From Squalus acanthias (taxonomy: Eukaryota): a stretch of DNA of 64,000 bases. The stretch covers positions 24,430,001-24,494,000 of the forward strand of contig CM059433.1 in NCBI GenBank assembly GCA_030390025.1, written 5' to 3'. Of the stretch, positions 62,918 to 64,000 are shown piece after piece. Under the pieces are notes generated by a model. The model was not told where the DNA came from. It was given only the letters and a program-made list of their open reading frames with translations, and searched no databases. The position numbers and the translations under genes are program-made. Positions within the stretch are counted from its first letter, which is position 1. Every line of letters starts with the position of its first letter.

Positions 62918-64000
62918 CTGCAGAAGTTGCTCACAGCATGCTTGGCCTGATTCCTGGCATCGTTTTGATCTTCTCCACCAGCAACATACAGGAATCCATC
63001 CATCACAGCCACACATTGATTGAAGCTCTTATAAGGCATTTCAGCAAGTTTGTTCCAAACACGTTCAGGATCTCTGTATACAATATCTCTGCTGAGTGAC
63101 TTTTCTGTTAGTGCGGGACGGCCGCCCACCATTACTAGAACTCTGAGGCCACTGCGAACTTTTGTTCTTCTGGACTGTAAGGTGTTCTGTTGATAGGGAA
63201 GCAGGTGATAGTTCATGGCCTCGACCAGAAATTTGTGACATTCTAGGTCTTGCATCATTCTAGGCACAGTCTGAACATAGTTCACCAGGTCTTGTGCGGA
63301 GATGGTACCAAACCGAATGGTGTTCAGTAGATCTGCTGCATACTTAACCCTTTTATTGTCAAAATCCAGCCATTTCATTGCAATCTGGAATGCTGTGATT
63401 TCTGATGGCAACTGCAGGTTATCATCCAGCATAAATTCCATTATTTGTTCAAAGGTGAGTTTCAAGAACTGGTCCCTTTCTGAAAACTCTAGGAAATTGT
63501 CACTCATGAATTTATGTGCTGCTTCCTTGGTAGTTTTGAGTCCATAAGTTTCTGCAATGTTCGCAATGTACATGCAATTCTCAACATTGATTTCCTGCAT
63601 CAAAAAGTCACAGCACATCTTTATGAGAGAGTGAATCTGCAGCAGGTTGGCTGTTGCTATTGTGCTACCAATGGTATACAACGACAGTGTTATCTTTCCA
63701 CAATAGGCATAAGTAATAACTGTGACAAGACCAACTGGAGATATGTCACTGAGGTCTACTCTTTGGGTGGATGGGTCTTTCTTCAGAATATTCCTGAAGT
63801 ACTCACTGCAAGAAGCCATCACTACTTTGTGAACATCAAAAGATTTGGCTTTTGTAGCAATGGTTAAATCACACAGAAACATTTCTTGTCTCATTCCGCT
63901 GAGTGCTTCTAAGAGACTGGAGCTGTAAGATGGGTTGGATATCTCAGTGGAAATACAGCTAAAACCATTGCCTCCATCTAAAAGGCTATTCATGCCATTC
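62918..64000 (-). CDS. KLHL31: Kelch-like protein 31, large coding exon (BTB, BACK, first Kelch repeats); start codon lies just beyond the window end
   Basis: ORF ...[28 protein letters not shown]...[20 protein letters not shown] matches KLHL31. Donor AG|GTAACA at 62917, phase 2. Confidence 0.95.

Noticed and set aside
63991..63993. ATG at 63993 as the KLHL31 start
   Set aside because: The frame stays open to the window edge, and known KLHL31 has ~30 more N-terminal residues.

Overview
Vertebrate nuclear genomic DNA, most likely from a cartilaginous fish (shark). This is inferred from HE1-type and Deu-domain SINEs, esterase-ORF1 CR1 LINEs and Penelope elements. The window spans the GCLC-KLHL31 interval, and both genes are on the minus strand. 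It contains the GCLC CpG-island promoter with the first coding exon (6810..6661) and the last two coding exons of KLHL31 (>64000..62918 and 60648..59916). The ~52 kb between them is mostly nested mobile DNA: three near full-length CR1 LINEs (one inside another), L2-type LINEs, a two-LTR CsRn1-type Gypsy element with a deleted RT core, a solo LTR, decayed Harbinger transposons and MITEs, a Tx1 3' end, several SINEs and many Penelope-derived inserts. Some Penelope inserts are long palindromes, and several carry hammerhead-ribozyme cores. The most notable non-repeat signals are three: a tandemly amplified ~90-bp promoter module with five E-box/CLEAR-like palindromes plus two AREs at GCLC, a candidate 5'UTR intron, and a compact NRF2-ARE + ATF4/CEBP motif cluster ~28 kb upstream. 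All family assignments come from recalled motifs, not database searches.
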